DNA of 64,000 nucleotides from Vulcanimicrobiota bacterium (GCA_963733295.1 CAVTCS010000003.1:416001-480000); one strand, 5' to 3'; shown: positions 42,301-52,968, numbered from the stretch's first letter. Notes: generated by a model from the sequence alone, not told the origin. Numbers and translations: made by a program.

Positions 42301-42618
42301 ATGTCGGCGGCGCGTCAGGCGGCCGAAACGCGGCTGCGCCCGATCTTGATGACCTCGCTCGCGTTCATCTTCGGCATCGTGCCGCTGGCCTTCGCGACCG
42401 GTGCGGGCAGCGCCAGCCGGCACTCGCTCGGCACGCCGGTGCTCGGCGGAATGATCCTCTCGACGATCCTCAACCTCTTTATCGTTCCGGTCTTTTACGT
42501 CGTCGTGGTGAATCTCCGCGAAGGCCGCAAGCACCACGCGCCGCCGAGCGCCGGCGGACCGAGCGGCGCCGGCAGCGGCGCGCCCACCTCCGAATTGGAG
42601 CCCGCGCCGAGCATTTAG
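39400..42618 (+). CDS. RND efflux permease (HAE1, AcrB-like)
   Basis: FFLRRPIFA, VVDDAIVVIENI, SKNAILIVEFA, RLRPILMTSLAF; TTG start. Confidence 0.95.
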   Translation: MIDFFLRRPIFAAVCSMIILLAGLVTIPTLPISQFPHVAPPVVTVQATYTGASAQAVEDSVTTPLEQAINGVQGLRYMSSQSSNDGTSTITCTFDLERNLDLAATDVQNAIQTAQARLPNAVTLAGITVGKNAGNFIMAFGFSSHDPNTTALFLSNYADLYVKNALKRIPGVSDVIIFGERKYAMRLWLDPKRLADNGLTANDVVVALGDQNVQVAAGSIGAPPTNGHQPYQMSVRALGRLSTADQFDNLIIKSTPDGGHVFLRDVGYAQLGAEDYSSDLRFDGRSAVGLGIVALPTANALDVTKGVRAEMKALSAKFPAGTYYDIAFDSTEFVNESIREVIITLLIAIALVVVVIFLFLQDWRTTLIPAITIPVSLIGTFALMKVLGFSINTLTLFGLTLATGLVVDDAIVVIENIARFIQEKKMSPLAGASAAMAEITSAVVATSLVLLAVFVPVAFFPGTTGQLYKQFALTIACSITISLFNALTLTPTLSALLLGRTQRPRGRFFNAINAGIAWLRRSYHATLGGLFRFRWAIIGTFVILLALTGFLFTHAPTGFTPDEDQGFFIVTVQAPEGSSIDQTERITTRVEKLLHRNSNVLDIFDVIGFGFTGNGPNKATMFVRLKDWKDRPGFSNSVTAIIYSLYPVFGQIPDAQVFAFNFPPVQGIGNVGGFQFELEDTGNIGIDKLYALAQAYQGAAFSDPQHRLAYVYTTFRTDNPQLLVNVDRAKAASLNVPLANIFNTMQIYLGSLYVNDFDYLNQSYRVYVQAQTPYRSTIEDLQKIYVGSSTGAIMPLTTLIQSTQTKSPPVITHYNLFRSIEISGSPAQGYGSGDSIKAMEAIASKLDPRGVSYEWSGLSLDETQSGSEAALVFLLGIVVVFLVLAAQYESWTDPFIILMSVPLAILGALLAIYGRIFLAAFLGPGIGFITSDIYAQVGYVMLIGLASKNAILIVEFANQLREQGLDPMSAARQAAETRLRPILMTSLAFIFGIVPLAFATGAGSASRHSLGTPVLGGMILSTILNLFIVPVFYVVVVNLREGRKHHAPPSAGGPSGAGSGAPTSELEPAPSI

Positions 42619-42625
42619 CGCCGGT

Positions 42626-43216
42626 CTAGTGCGAGCGCGAAGTTATCGGACTACCGCCGCGCCGCCGGCGCGCCGTAGTGACCAGGTCGTGGTGGTGCGG
42701 ATCGCCGATGCCGTCGCGGCGGTACCCGCGCATTTGCTCGCCGGTTTCCTCGCTACTGTGCGCGATCCAGTCGGCGGAGCGGCCGGCCAGCGTCTTGCGC
42801 ACGCGCGCCGGTGCGCCGGCGACGACGACTTCGGACGGTACGTGCGCGTCGACCGTCACGACGCTTCCGGCCGCAACCACGCTTCCGGCTCCGATCAACG
42901 CGCCGGCTAGGACCGTTGCGTTCGATCCGACCAGCGCGCCTTTCCCTATCGTGCAGTCGTCGAGTACCGCGCAGTGTCCGACCGTCGACCCGTCGCCGAT
43001 CGTCGTCACGCGACCCGCGCGCGCGTGAACGACGGCATTGTCCTCGATCGCCGCGTTCGCGCCGATCAGGATTCGGCCGCTGTCGGCGCGCAGTACGACG
43101 CCGAACCAAATGCTGGCGCCGTCGCCGACCTCGACGTCACCGACGAGCACCGCAGTCGGAGCCACGAATGCCGTCTCGGAAATGCGCGGAACTCTGCCGC
43201 CATACTCGATAAACAT
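42626..43216 (-). CDS. Gamma-carbonic anhydrase / PaaY-CaiE-like hexapeptide-repeat protein
   Basis: FVAPTAVLVGDV.VG..ASIWFGVVLRAD, EDNAVVH, TVGHCAVLDDC, AGAPAR. Confidence 0.85.
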   Translation of the reverse strand: MFIEYGGRVPRISETAFVAPTAVLVGDVEVGDGASIWFGVVLRADSGRILIGANAAIEDNAVVHARAGRVTTIGDGSTVGHCAVLDDCTIGKGALVGSNATVLAGALIGAGSVVAAGSVVTVDAHVPSEVVVAGAPARVRKTLAGRSADWIAHSSEETGEQMRGYRRDGIGDPHHHDLVTTARRRRGGSPITSRSH

Positions 43217-43331
43217 ATATGGGAAACTCCTCTAGAGCGGCCCGAGTGCCTCCACGGATGGGATTCTCCAAAGAGTCGATGAATCGACCATCGGCATCCC
43301 CGGGAACATCTTCCCACGAAAGGCTCCTGTC

Positions 43332-44552
43332 GTGAAGAAGCTTCGCATTCCGACGGCGCTCGCCGTCCTAACCGGAATCCTCCTTTCATATAGTGCGCCG
43401 CTCGCGGGGGACGCGCAAAGCGGTCCCATCCACATCGCCGTGATCACCGACATGTCGGGCATCTATGCGTCACTTGCCGGAAAGGGCGCAGTCCTCGCGA
43501 CCCAGATGGCAGTCGACGACTTCGGCGGGAAGGTGCTCGGGCGGCAGATCATCGTCGATACGATCGACCACCGTAACAACGGGCCGGAAGGCGCAGCCAA
43601 AGCCCGCGAAGCCTATGATAATGGCGCTGAACTGGCGCTGGATATGACCAACTCGGGGGTCGCGCTGGCGGTTGCGGGGGTGGCGAAGGAAAAGCACAAA
43701 CTCGCGATCGTCACTGGCGGTGCAACCTCGGCGCTGACCGGAGCGAATTGCAACAAGTACACCTATCATTACGCCTACGACACATACTCGCTCGCGGCGT
43801 CCACCGGACGGAACGTCGCGCGGCAAGCCGACGCTAAGACCTGGTATGGCATCGTGCCGAATTACGCTTTCGGAACGCAGATGCTCGCCGACTTCACGTC
43901 GGCGATCAAACCCGAAGGCGCGAGCTTCGTTCATGCCGACATGATCCCGACCGGCACGACCGATTTCTCGTCGTATCTGCTTGCGGCGAAGAACTCGGGC
44001 GCACAGGTCCTCGGCGTTCTTAATGCCGGTGCCGATACCGTCAACACCATGAAGGGCGTCAAGCAATTCGGGCTCGACAAGACGATGAAGATCGCGATCG
44101 GGCTCCTGTTCCTCTCGGACGTCGACGCGTTGCCCGACGTCTTTGCGGGTGCGCACATCACGACGTCATGGTATTGGAATGAGGATAAGCTGGCACGCGC
44201 TTGGGCCGACAGGTTCACCCAACGCTTTGGCGGCGGCATCCGGCCAACGTCGATTCAAGCCTCCGATTACTCGGCCACCACGCAGTGGCTCAACGCGGTC
44301 AAGGCCGTGGGCTCGGTCGACGCGGACAAAGTCGTGACCTACCTTGACGGGCGGCAGTTCAACGACTTCTACGCACACGCGGCCGAGTGGCGCGCCCGCG
44401 ACCACCTCGTGACGCATGAGATGTACGTGGTCGACGTTCTGTCTAAAGATCAAATCAAAGAACCGCACGCGTGGTACAAAATTATCCAAGTCATCCCTCC
44501 CTCGCGAGCATTCCGTCCCGAGGATCAGTCGACGTGTAAGAAGGATTGGTGA
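43332..44552 (+). CDS. Liv-type ABC transporter substrate-binding protein
   Basis: Signal peptide; TDMSGIYA..G.G.VLATQMAVDDFGG, PNYAFG, DFSSYLL. Confidence 0.9.
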   Translation: MKKLRIPTALAVLTGILLSYSAPLAGDAQSGPIHIAVITDMSGIYASLAGKGAVLATQMAVDDFGGKVLGRQIIVDTIDHRNNGPEGAAKAREAYDNGAELALDMTNSGVALAVAGVAKEKHKLAIVTGGATSALTGANCNKYTYHYAYDTYSLAASTGRNVARQADAKTWYGIVPNYAFGTQMLADFTSAIKPEGASFVHADMIPTGTTDFSSYLLAAKNSGAQVLGVLNAGADTVNTMKGVKQFGLDKTMKIAIGLLFLSDVDALPDVFAGAHITTSWYWNEDKLARAWADRFTQRFGGGIRPTSIQASDYSATTQWLNAVKAVGSVDADKVVTYLDGRQFNDFYAHAAEWRARDHLVTHEMYVVDVLSKDQIKEPHAWYKIIQVIPPSRAFRPEDQSTCKKDW

Positions 44553-44595
44553 ATTTCTCGACGACTCACTACGTCCGTAACACGGAGGCCGGCAG

Positions 44596-45516
44596 GTGAT
44601 GCCGGCCTCTTTTCTCCCGCTGCTCGCGCAAGCCCAGTTGACGCCGGACTATCTTGGGACGCAGCTCTTCAATGGGCTGGTCAACGGCGGATTCTTCGCG
44701 CTGCTCGCGCTCGGTCTCAGCATCATCTTCGGCATGCTGCGTATCGTGAACTTCGCCCACGGAACGATGTACATGTTGGGTGCTTTCGTCGCCTACTACG
44801 GCGCGCAACTCGTGCACTTGCCATTCTTTGCGGCACTGATCGTTGCCCCAATTGTGGTCGGGATCTTCGGTTTGTTGATCGAGGTAACGTTGCTCCGCCG
44901 GCTCTATAACCTCGACCCGCTCTACAATCTTTTGTTCACGTTTGCGCTCGTTCTTATCATCGAAGACGCCATGCGACTCGCCGCCGGCGCGCTTGGCTCG
45001 CCGTACGAAACGCCGCCGCTACTCGCCGGCGCGACGAATCTCGGCTTCGCGCTCTACCCGACGTACCGTCTGTTCACGATCGTCGTCTGCATCGTTGTCT
45101 GCCTCGCGGTCTACCTGATCGTCGAGCGTACGATGCTCGGCGCGCGGATCCGGGCCGCGACCGAAAAGCCGGAGCTGACGCGCGCGTTCGGCATCAACAC
45201 CAGCCGCCTCGTCAGCGGGGTCTTTGCGTTCGGCGTTGCGCTGGCTGCTTTCGCCGGCGTTCTCAGCGCGCCGAATACGAACGTCACGCCGACGATGGGC
45301 GACACGATCATCATCCAGACCTTTGCGATCGTCGTGATCGGCGGACTCGGCTCGATCCTCGGTTCGATTGTGGCCGGATTCGCAGTCGGCGTCATTGCGA
45401 CCATCGGCGCGGTCTTCTTCCCGCAAATCTCGACGACGCTGATATTCTTCTTGATGGTCGTCGTGCTGCTGTTCCGGCCGGCCGGGCTCTTCGGAACGGC
45501 GGAGCGCGCGGCGTGA
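44596..45516 (+). CDS. Liv-type ABC permease (LivH family)
   Basis: ALGLSIIFGMLRIVNFAHG, GARIRA, AFGIN, VVIGGLGS, RPAGLFG. Confidence 0.92.
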   Translation: MMPASFLPLLAQAQLTPDYLGTQLFNGLVNGGFFALLALGLSIIFGMLRIVNFAHGTMYMLGAFVAYYGAQLVHLPFFAALIVAPIVVGIFGLLIEVTLLRRLYNLDPLYNLLFTFALVLIIEDAMRLAAGALGSPYETPPLLAGATNLGFALYPTYRLFTIVVCIVVCLAVYLIVERTMLGARIRAATEKPELTRAFGINTSRLVSGVFAFGVALAAFAGVLSAPNTNVTPTMGDTIIIQTFAIVVIGGLGSILGSIVAGFAVGVIATIGAVFFPQISTTLIFFLMVVVLLFRPAGLFGTAERAA

Positions 45517-46526
45517 CGCTAGCCTTCGTGCAAGGCCGGCGCGGGCTCGTCGTCGGCTCAGTCTTGCTGGCTCTGGGCCTGGTGCTGCCGTTCTTCGTCT
45601 ATCCCGTCTTCGCGATCGATCTCGTGTGCTTCGCGATGGTCGCGGTCTCGTTCGATCTGCTACTCGGCTTCACGGGACTGCTTTCATTCGGTCAGGCGAT
45701 GTTCTGGGGCGGCAGCGGCTACGTCGCGACGATCCTGATTCACAACGGCGTCAACTCGTTCGTACTCGCAGTCTTCGGCGGCGTCGCGTTCTCGCTAGTC
45801 CTGTCGCTGGCGGTCGGTGCGTTCGCGGTACGTCGCAGCGGCATTTACTTCGCGATGATCACGCTGGCGATTGCGCAGATCGAGTACTTTCTTTCCTTTC
45901 AGCTGGTCAATCTGACCGGCGGCGAGAACGGCCTGGAAATCTCGACACGCGGCACGCTCTTCGGCCTCCCGCTCGAGAACGACCGCGTCTACTACTATCT
46001 GGTCCTCGTCGCGGCGGTGTTCGTGACGATGTTCGCGATCAGAGTCGTGACCTCGCCGTTCGGGCAAGTACTCGCCGCGATGCGCGAAAACGAGGTGCGC
46101 GCGCAAAGCGTCGGCTACGCGACCACGCGCTTCAAGATCGCGGCCTTCGTGCTCTCCGGGACGCTCGCGGGATTCGCCGGCGCGTTGTATTCGATCGGGA
46201 ACCGCTTGGCCGGACTCGATGGCGTCGACTGGCACACCTCGGGCGCGATCGTCATGATGACGATCCTAGGCGGGATCGGAACGATCTACGGCCCCATAGT
46301 CGGCGCCGCAGTCTTCGAGTCGCTCGACTACTTCGTATCGAAAACCGCGATCGGCGACAAAACGAATCTCGTGATGGGCTTCGTCTTCGCGGTCGTGATT
46401 CTGGTTGCGCGCCGCGGCATCGTCGGCGAAATTCTGCAGCGAGCCTTCGCGCCCCGCCGCTTGCTGGTCGAAGACGAAGACAATCCCAATCATCTCGTCG
46501 TCGAAGTCGAACCCGAACCGATCTAA
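45513..46526 (+). CDS. Liv-type ABC permease (LivM family)
   Basis: GFTGLLSFGQ, GIYFAMITLA, TGGENG, SPFG..L.AMRENE.RA, LGGIGT. Confidence 0.92.
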   Translation: MTLAFVQGRRGLVVGSVLLALGLVLPFFVYPVFAIDLVCFAMVAVSFDLLLGFTGLLSFGQAMFWGGSGYVATILIHNGVNSFVLAVFGGVAFSLVLSLAVGAFAVRRSGIYFAMITLAIAQIEYFLSFQLVNLTGGENGLEISTRGTLFGLPLENDRVYYYLVLVAAVFVTMFAIRVVTSPFGQVLAAMRENEVRAQSVGYATTRFKIAAFVLSGTLAGFAGALYSIGNRLAGLDGVDWHTSGAIVMMTILGGIGTIYGPIVGAAVFESLDYFVSKTAIGDKTNLVMGFVFAVVILVARRGIVGEILQRAFAPRRLLVEDEDNPNHLVVEVEPEPI

Positions 46527-46545
46527 TAGGCAAACGCGGAGACTA

Positions 46546-47250
46546 CTAAACTCCCAGGTGCGCGAGCAAGTCGCTTTCGCGTTCGATCACTTCGGCGTTC
46601 GTCATCGAGTCGACGATGCGGCCGTGGACCATTAGGTAGTGGCGGTCGGCGACACGCGTCGCAAAGCGCAAATTCTGTTCGACCAGCAGTATCGTGACGC
46701 CCGATTGCTTGATCTCGAGAATCAGGTCGCCGATCGCGTTGACGATAACCGGCGCGAGACCCTCGGTCGGCTCGTCCAACAGAATCAGCCGCGCACCGTT
46801 GCGCAGAACTCGCGCGATCGCGAGCATCTGTTGCTCGCCACCCGAAAGCGTCGTTCCCATCGCTCGCGCCCGCTCTTTGAGAATCGGGAACAGTCCGTAG
46901 ATCTTGTCGATCGGCCAGGCGCAGTCGTTGTCGATGACCGGCGGGAGCGCGAGGTTCTCGGCGACGGTAAGCGTCGCGTAGATGCCGCGCTCTTCCGGCA
47001 CGAAGCCGATGCCTCGCCGCGCGATCTTATCGGAACTCAGCGTGGCGATGGAGCGGTCTTCGAAGACGACTTCGCCGCTCCGGCGGCGCACGATCCCCAT
47101 GATCGACTTGAGGGTCGTCGTCTTACCGGCACCGTTGCGACCTACCAACGTCACGACCTCGCCGCGCTCGACCCGCAAGTCGACGCCGCGCAAGACATGG
47201 CTCTCGTCGTAGTAGGCGTTGAGGCCGCGCGTTTCAAGCACGGACTGCAC
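46546..47250 (-). CDS. Liv-type ABC ATPase (LivF family)
   Basis: GRNGAGKT, VPEERGI, LSGGEQQMLAIAR, LDEPTEGLAP, VEQN. Confidence 0.93.
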   Translation of the reverse strand: MQSVLETRGLNAYYDESHVLRGVDLRVERGEVVTLVGRNGAGKTTTLKSIMGIVRRRSGEVVFEDRSIATLSSDKIARRGIGFVPEERGIYATLTVAENLALPPVIDNDCAWPIDKIYGLFPILKERARAMGTTLSGGEQQMLAIARVLRNGARLILLDEPTEGLAPVIVNAIGDLILEIKQSGVTILLVEQNLRFATRVADRHYLMVHGRIVDSMTNAEVIERESDLLAHLGV

Positions 47251-47995
47251 CGCCGCCGAGATACGCGTCGATGACGCGTTGATCGGTGCGCACCTGCTCG
47301 TAGGTCCCCTCGACGAGAACCTGCCCGTGCTGCAGGACCGTTATGCGTTGCGAGAGATCGGCGACGACGCTGAGGTTGTGCTCGACCAGCACTACCGTGC
47401 GGTCCTTCGCGACCCGGCCGATCAAGCGTGAGATCCGCGCGACGTCGGCGGTCCCCATGCCGGCCGTCGGCTCGTCGAGCAGCAAGATCTCGGGATCTTG
47501 CGCGAGCGAAATCGCGAGTTCGAGAGCGCGTTTGCGGCCGTAGGAAAGCTGCACGGCCAGAAGGTTGCCTTCGCGTTCCAAACCCACCTCGGCCAGCAGT
47601 TCCTTCGCGCGCGGCTCCAGGCGCGCCGTTGCGGCGCCGCTCGACCAGAAGCGAATCGGCAGATCCGTCTTCGACTCGAGCGAGACTTTGACGTTATCCA
47701 GGACGCTCAAGTGCGTGAAGATGCTGTTGATCTGGAAGCTGCGTACCATACCGAGGCGCGCGATGCGCGGCGGGCTGAGGCCCGTGATGTCGCGTCCACC
47801 CAGCGAGATCGTCCCCGCGCTCGCCTTCACGAAGCCGGAGAGCAGGTTGAAGAAGGTCGTCTTTCCTGCGCCGTTGGGTCCGATGATGGCGTGGATGGTT
47901 CCGGCTTCGATCGCGATCGAGACGTCGTCGACGGCGCGGTAACCGGCGAAAGACTTTGAGAGCCCCTGCGTCGCGACGATCGCGTTAGCGGTCAT
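47234..47995 (-). CDS. Liv-type ABC ATPase (LivG family)
   Basis: GPNGAGKT, RSFQ, LSYGRKR.LE, LDEPTAG, VEHN, AYLG. Confidence 0.93.
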   Translation of the reverse strand: MTANAIVATQGLSKSFAGYRAVDDVSIAIEAGTIHAIIGPNGAGKTTFFNLLSGFVKASAGTISLGGRDITGLSPPRIARLGMVRSFQINSIFTHLSVLDNVKVSLESKTDLPIRFWSSGAATARLEPRAKELLAEVGLEREGNLLAVQLSYGRKRALELAISLAQDPEILLLDEPTAGMGTADVARISRLIGRVAKDRTVVLVEHNLSVVADLSQRITVLQHGQVLVEGTYEQVRTDQRVIDAYLGGGAVRA

Positions 47996-48090
47996 TCCGG
48001 CGCTTTCACCGGACGCGCCTTCGCGCCTCCGGACCTCCGGCCGAGACCGGCGGGCAGTCGGTGACGGCCCGGACGGCGAAACAAGGTGAG

Positions 48091-51000
48091 ATGAACGGTT
48101 TTCTGCGCGCGCTGGACGAGCGGGTCCTCGTCTTCGACGGAGCGATGGGGACCGAGCTCATGGCGATGGAACTCGGTGCCGAGGATTTCGGCGGGACTGC
48201 TTTCGCGGGCTGCAACGAGGCGGTCGTTCTCGCGCGGCCGGACCTCATCGCCGGCATTCACGAGCGCTATCTTGCGGCCGGCGCGGACGTTCTCGAAACC
48301 GACACGTTCACCGCCTCGCGGCTCAAACTCGACGAGTATGGCCTCGGCGACCGCACCGAGGAAATCAATCTGCGCGCGGCCCAACTCGCTCGCACCGCCG
48401 CGGATCGCTTCTCGACGCCGGTGCGCCCACGCTTCGTCGCGGGTTCGCTCGGACCGACGGGAATGCTGATCTCCTCCTCGGATCCCGCGCTCTCGCGCAT
48501 AACCTTCGATGAGCTCGCCGCCATCTACGGCGAGCAAGCGCGCTATCTCGTGGCGGGCGGCGTCGACCTCTTGATCCTCGAGACGAGCCAGGACTTGCTC
48601 GAGATGAAGGCGGCGATCGCCGGCATTACCCGCGAGTTCGACGCGCGGTCTGCGCCGCGTGCCGATCCAAGCGCAAGCGACCCTCGACGTCACCGGCCGC
48701 ATGCTGCTCGGCACCGACATCCGCGCCGTCTGCGCGACGCTCGACGCGCTTGCCGATCGACGTCATCGGGCTCAACTGTTCTACGGGTCCCTCGCATATG
48801 CGCGACCCGATCCGCTACCTGGTCGAAAACTCGCGCTGCTTCGTTTCGGTCATCCCGAATGCGGGTCTGCCGCATCATGGGCCCGCGCGGCGAGACGATC
48901 TACCCGGAGACCCCCGACGAGATGGCGCGCGAACTCAGCGATTTCGTACGCGACTTCGGCGTAAATGCGATCGGCGGCTGCTGCGGTACGACGGTGGCGC
49001 ACGTCGCGCGCCTTCGCGGCACTCGCCGAGGACCGCGTCGGGCGCAAGCCCTCACCGAAACCGCTTCAGTTCGCGGCTTCGGCGATGACCGCGACGGCGC
49101 TCGCTGCAAGACGGCAGTCCGCTCCTCATCGGCGAGCGGCTGAACGCGCAAGGCTCGCGCCGCATCAAGCGTCTCCTGCTCGAGGAGACTACGACGAGAT
49201 CATGCTCGTCGCGCGCGAGCAAGTCGAGGGCGGCGCGCACGTGCTCGACGTTTGCGTCGCCTTGACGGAGCGTACCGACGAAGATCAGCAGATGGCGACG
49301 CTCGTCAAGAAGCTCGCGCAAACGGTCGAGGCGCCGCTGATGATCGACTCGACCGAACCGAAGGTCATCGAGGCGGCACTGAAAATTTACGCGGGGCGTC
49401 CGATCGTCAACTCGGTTCAACCTCGAAGCCGGACGGGCCAAGCTCGACGTCGTCATGCCGCTAGTCCGAGAGAGCGGTGCCGCGATCGTGGCGCTGACGA
49501 TCGACGAGACGGGAATGGCGAAGACGGCCGAACGGAAGCTCGAGGTCGCGCAACGTCATTTACGACATCGATCGTCGGCGAGTACGGCTTGCCGCCGGGA
49601 GCGTTGATCTTCGACGCGTTGACCTTCACCTTGGCGACCGGCGACCCCGAGTTCGTGGACTCGGCCGTCGAAACGATCGCCGGCATCAAGCTCATCAAGG
49701 AACGTATTCCCGGCGTTCTCACCTCGCTCGGCGTCTCGAACGCATCGTTCGGACTCAAGCCGGCGGCGCGTGCCGCCCTCAATTCGGTGATGCTCCACCA
49801 CTGCGTCGCGGCCGGACTCGACATGGCGATCGTTAACGCCAAAGAGATCACCCCGTTCGCCGAACTCGATCCGCCGAGCGCGAACTCTGCGACGACCTGG
49901 TGCTCAACCGCCGGCCCGACGCGCTGCCAGCGCGTCATCGAGCACTGGGATGCGAAGGGCGCGGAGGGCGGCGCCAAAGCGAGCGCGGCCGCTCTCGACG
50001 ACGACGCCGGCGCACCGATCGAAGTGCGCATTCACAACGCGATCCTGCGCCGCCGCAAGGACGGCATCGAGGCCAAGATCGACGAAGCGCTGCGGCGCGC
50101 GCGACGCCGGTCGACGTTCTCAACAACGTGCTGCTTCCCGGCGATGAAGGAAGTCGGCGACAAGTTCGGCTCGGGCGAGCTGATCCTGCCGTTCGTCTTG
50201 CAGTCGGCCGAGGTGATGAAGAAGGCCGTCGCGCACCTCGAGCAGTTTTTGGAAAAGCAGCGAAGGCGTGACCAAGGGGAAGGTCGTGCTCGCCACCGTT
50301 TTCGGCGACGTCCACGACATCGGCAAGAACCTCGTCAACACGATCCTGACGAACAACGGATACACCGTCTACGACCTCGGCAAGCAAGTGCCGATGCAGC
50401 GCGATCCTCGAGAAGGCGGTCGAAGTACGAGGCCGACGCGATCGGCCTGTCGGCGTTGCTGGTCTCGACCTCGAAGCAGATGCCGGTCTGCGTGGCCGAG
50501 CAGCATCGCGCGGGTTTGGAGTTTCCGGTTCTCGATCGGCGGGCGCCGCGATCAACCGCGACTTCGGGCGCCGGATCGCATTCGTCGAGTCGAATGAAGG
50601 CGCGCGCTACTTCGATCCGGGCGTGTACTACGCGAAGGATGCGTTCGAAGGCCTCGAAATCATGGACGCGCTCACTTCAGATCTGGACCGTCGCCGCACG
50701 TTCGTCGATGCGAAACGCGCCGAAGCGGAAACGAGCCGCAACGCCTCCGCGCGGAACGTGACTCCTCGCTCCCCGAACGGCCGAACCGCGCGCGAGACGC
50801 TGAAACCCGCGGAGGTTCCGACGCCGCCTTTCTACGGTCCGCGCGTGCTCGATTCGATCGATCCGCCCGAGCTCTGGCAGCACTTCGATCTCAAGAGTCT
50901 CTACCGTCTCTCTTGGGGCGGCGCGAACGTCAAAGGGGCCGCTGTGGGAGGCGCTGGTGCGCGATGAGTTCGAGCCGAGGCTCGCTCGCTACCAGCGAGA

Positions 51001-51599
51001 AGCCGAAGGGAGCGGGCTCATCCGGCCGCGCGCCGTGTACGGGTACTTTCCCGCTGCGGCCTCCGGATCCGACGTCATCCTCTACGCGCCGGACGAGCCG
51101 AGCCGCGAGATCGCGACGGTTCGCATTCGTGCGGCAAGCGGGCGGAGAACATCTTTCGCTGGCCGACTATTTGCGCGAACCGGAGGCTGGCGGCGGGCGC
51201 GACGTCGTCGCGCTGCAAGTCGTAACGATCGGAAGCGGGGCCTCGGAGCGCGTCGACGCCTTGCAAGCTGCGAGCGACTATAGCGAGAGCTACTTTCTGC
51301 ACGGTTTCTCGGTGCAAGCCGCGGAAGCGACGGCCGAGTACGTACATCGCCGCATCCGCGCCGAACTCGGCCTACCCGGCGATCGCGGCAAACGCTACTC
51401 GTGGGGCTACGGCGCGTGTCCGGATCTCTCGCAACATGCGATCGTCTGGCAATTGCTCGACGTCGAACGATCGCTCGGCGTCAAACTGACCGAAGCGTTC
51501 CAAATGGTGCCCGAGCAATCGACCGCCGCGATCGTGATCCACCACCCGGAGGCGTCGTACTTCAATGCCGCCGCGGTTCGCGAACTCATCGGCACGTAA
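48091..51599 (+). pseudogene. metH: Cobalamin-dependent methionine synthase, broken by many small indels (likely sequence errors rather than a true pseudogene)
   Basis: Motifs occur in order across frames: [99 protein letters not shown]. Confidence 0.92.
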
Positions 51600-51716
51600 G
51601 AACGTCCGGCGCCTCCTCTGCGAGGGAGGGAAGCCTCTCCCCTCGGCGTACACAGATTCGACTCGGTCTCGTCTTTTTTGCGGCTCGCGAGCCCGCTTAT
51701 TCGGAGGTTGATTTTT

Positions 51717-52962
51717 ATGCATTCTCGGAACGCATTCGTCCGGCTTTCGGTCGCCGTCGTGCTGGGGGCGCTGGTCGCTTCCACGACACCGGTCGCGCTC
51801 GAAACGCCGGCTTCCGCGCAAAACGTACAGGTCATCAAGATCGGCATCGACCTTCCCGTAAGCGGCGGCGACGCGGCGCAAGGCATCCCGACGCAACAGG
51901 GAGCCATGCTCGCGATCGACGATGCCAACGCGCACCACGTGTTGGGCGCATTCAAGCTGCAAGCGGACGCGCTCGACGACGCGGTGGCGGGCGCGCACGA
52001 TCCGGCGCAAGGTGCGCAGAACGTGAAGACGTTCGTTTCCGACTCGAGCGTGCTCGCGATGTTCGGCCCATTCAATTCAAACGTAGCGAAGGCCGAGATC
52101 CCCATTTCGAACGACGCCGGCCTCGCTATGATCGCAGCCTCGACGACGAACCCCGGTCTGACGAAGGGCGAAGACGCAAAGAAACTGCGCATCTCGCATC
52201 CCGACGTCAATACCTTTTTCCGCGTCTGCACGACCGACGATCGCCAAGGTGCCGTCGGCGCGAGTTTCGCGCGTAAGTTCGGTTACAAGAAAGTGTTCAT
52301 CGTCGACGATAACGAGACGTACGGCAAGGGTTTAGCCGACGTCTTCGAATTGGACTTCAAGAAATACGGCGGCACGGTCTTGGGTCACGAACATCTCACG
52401 AAAGGGCAGACCGACTTCAAGGCGCTCCTGACGAAGGCCGAGAGTCTCGGACCCGATCTCATCTTCTTCGGCGGCACGACCGTGACCGGAGGAGGGCTGC
52501 TGCGCAAGCAGATGGGCGATTCGGCGCTCAAGAGCGTCACGTTCTTCGGTGGCGACGGCATCAGCGACACGAGTTCCTCACGACCGCCGGCGCGATGGCG
52601 AACAACGTCTACTACACGGTGGCGGCGCCGAATCCGGCCAAACTGCAAAGCGCGCAAGCCTTCATCGCGGCGTACAAGAAGACGATGCAATGTCGACATC
52701 GGAGCCTACAGTGCGAACGCCTACGCCGCGGCGATGATCGAGATCGCTGCCATCGAGAAGGCGATCAAGGAGCAACGGCGGCAAGATGCCGACGCGTGCC
52801 GAGGTACTCAAGAACATCGCTGCAACGAAGAACTTCGATTCGCCGATCGGCAAGGTCGGATTCGACGCAAATGGCGACACGACGGCCGGCATCCTCAGTC
52901 TCTACAAGATTCTGGACGGGAAAGCCCAATTCGTCGATCAAGTAACCGAGGGCGGCTCGTAA
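51717..52962 (+). CDS. Branched-chain amino acid ABC substrate-binding protein (LivK-like), frameshifted near 52566, 52686 and 52772
   Basis: GGAGG RBS; signal peptide; IGIDLPVSG, GPFNS, FFRVCTTDD.QG, YGKGLAD, GGDG. The C-terminus continues in other frames to QVTEGGS*. Confidence 0.85.
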
Positions 52963-52968
52963 CGACTT

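Noticed and set aside
47996..48090. Cobalamin or SAM riboswitch upstream of metH
   Set aside because: Only 95 bp, shared with the divergent livG, and no recognisable B12-box or S-box consensus.
48091..51599. Programmed frameshifting or a split multi-gene metH
   Set aside because: There are too many breaks, no slippery sites, and the same damage continues into the neighbouring unrelated genes.
51622..51697. Terminator or attenuator between metH and livK
   Set aside because: The imperfect purine/pyrimidine hairpin is not adjacent to the T-run, so support is too weak.
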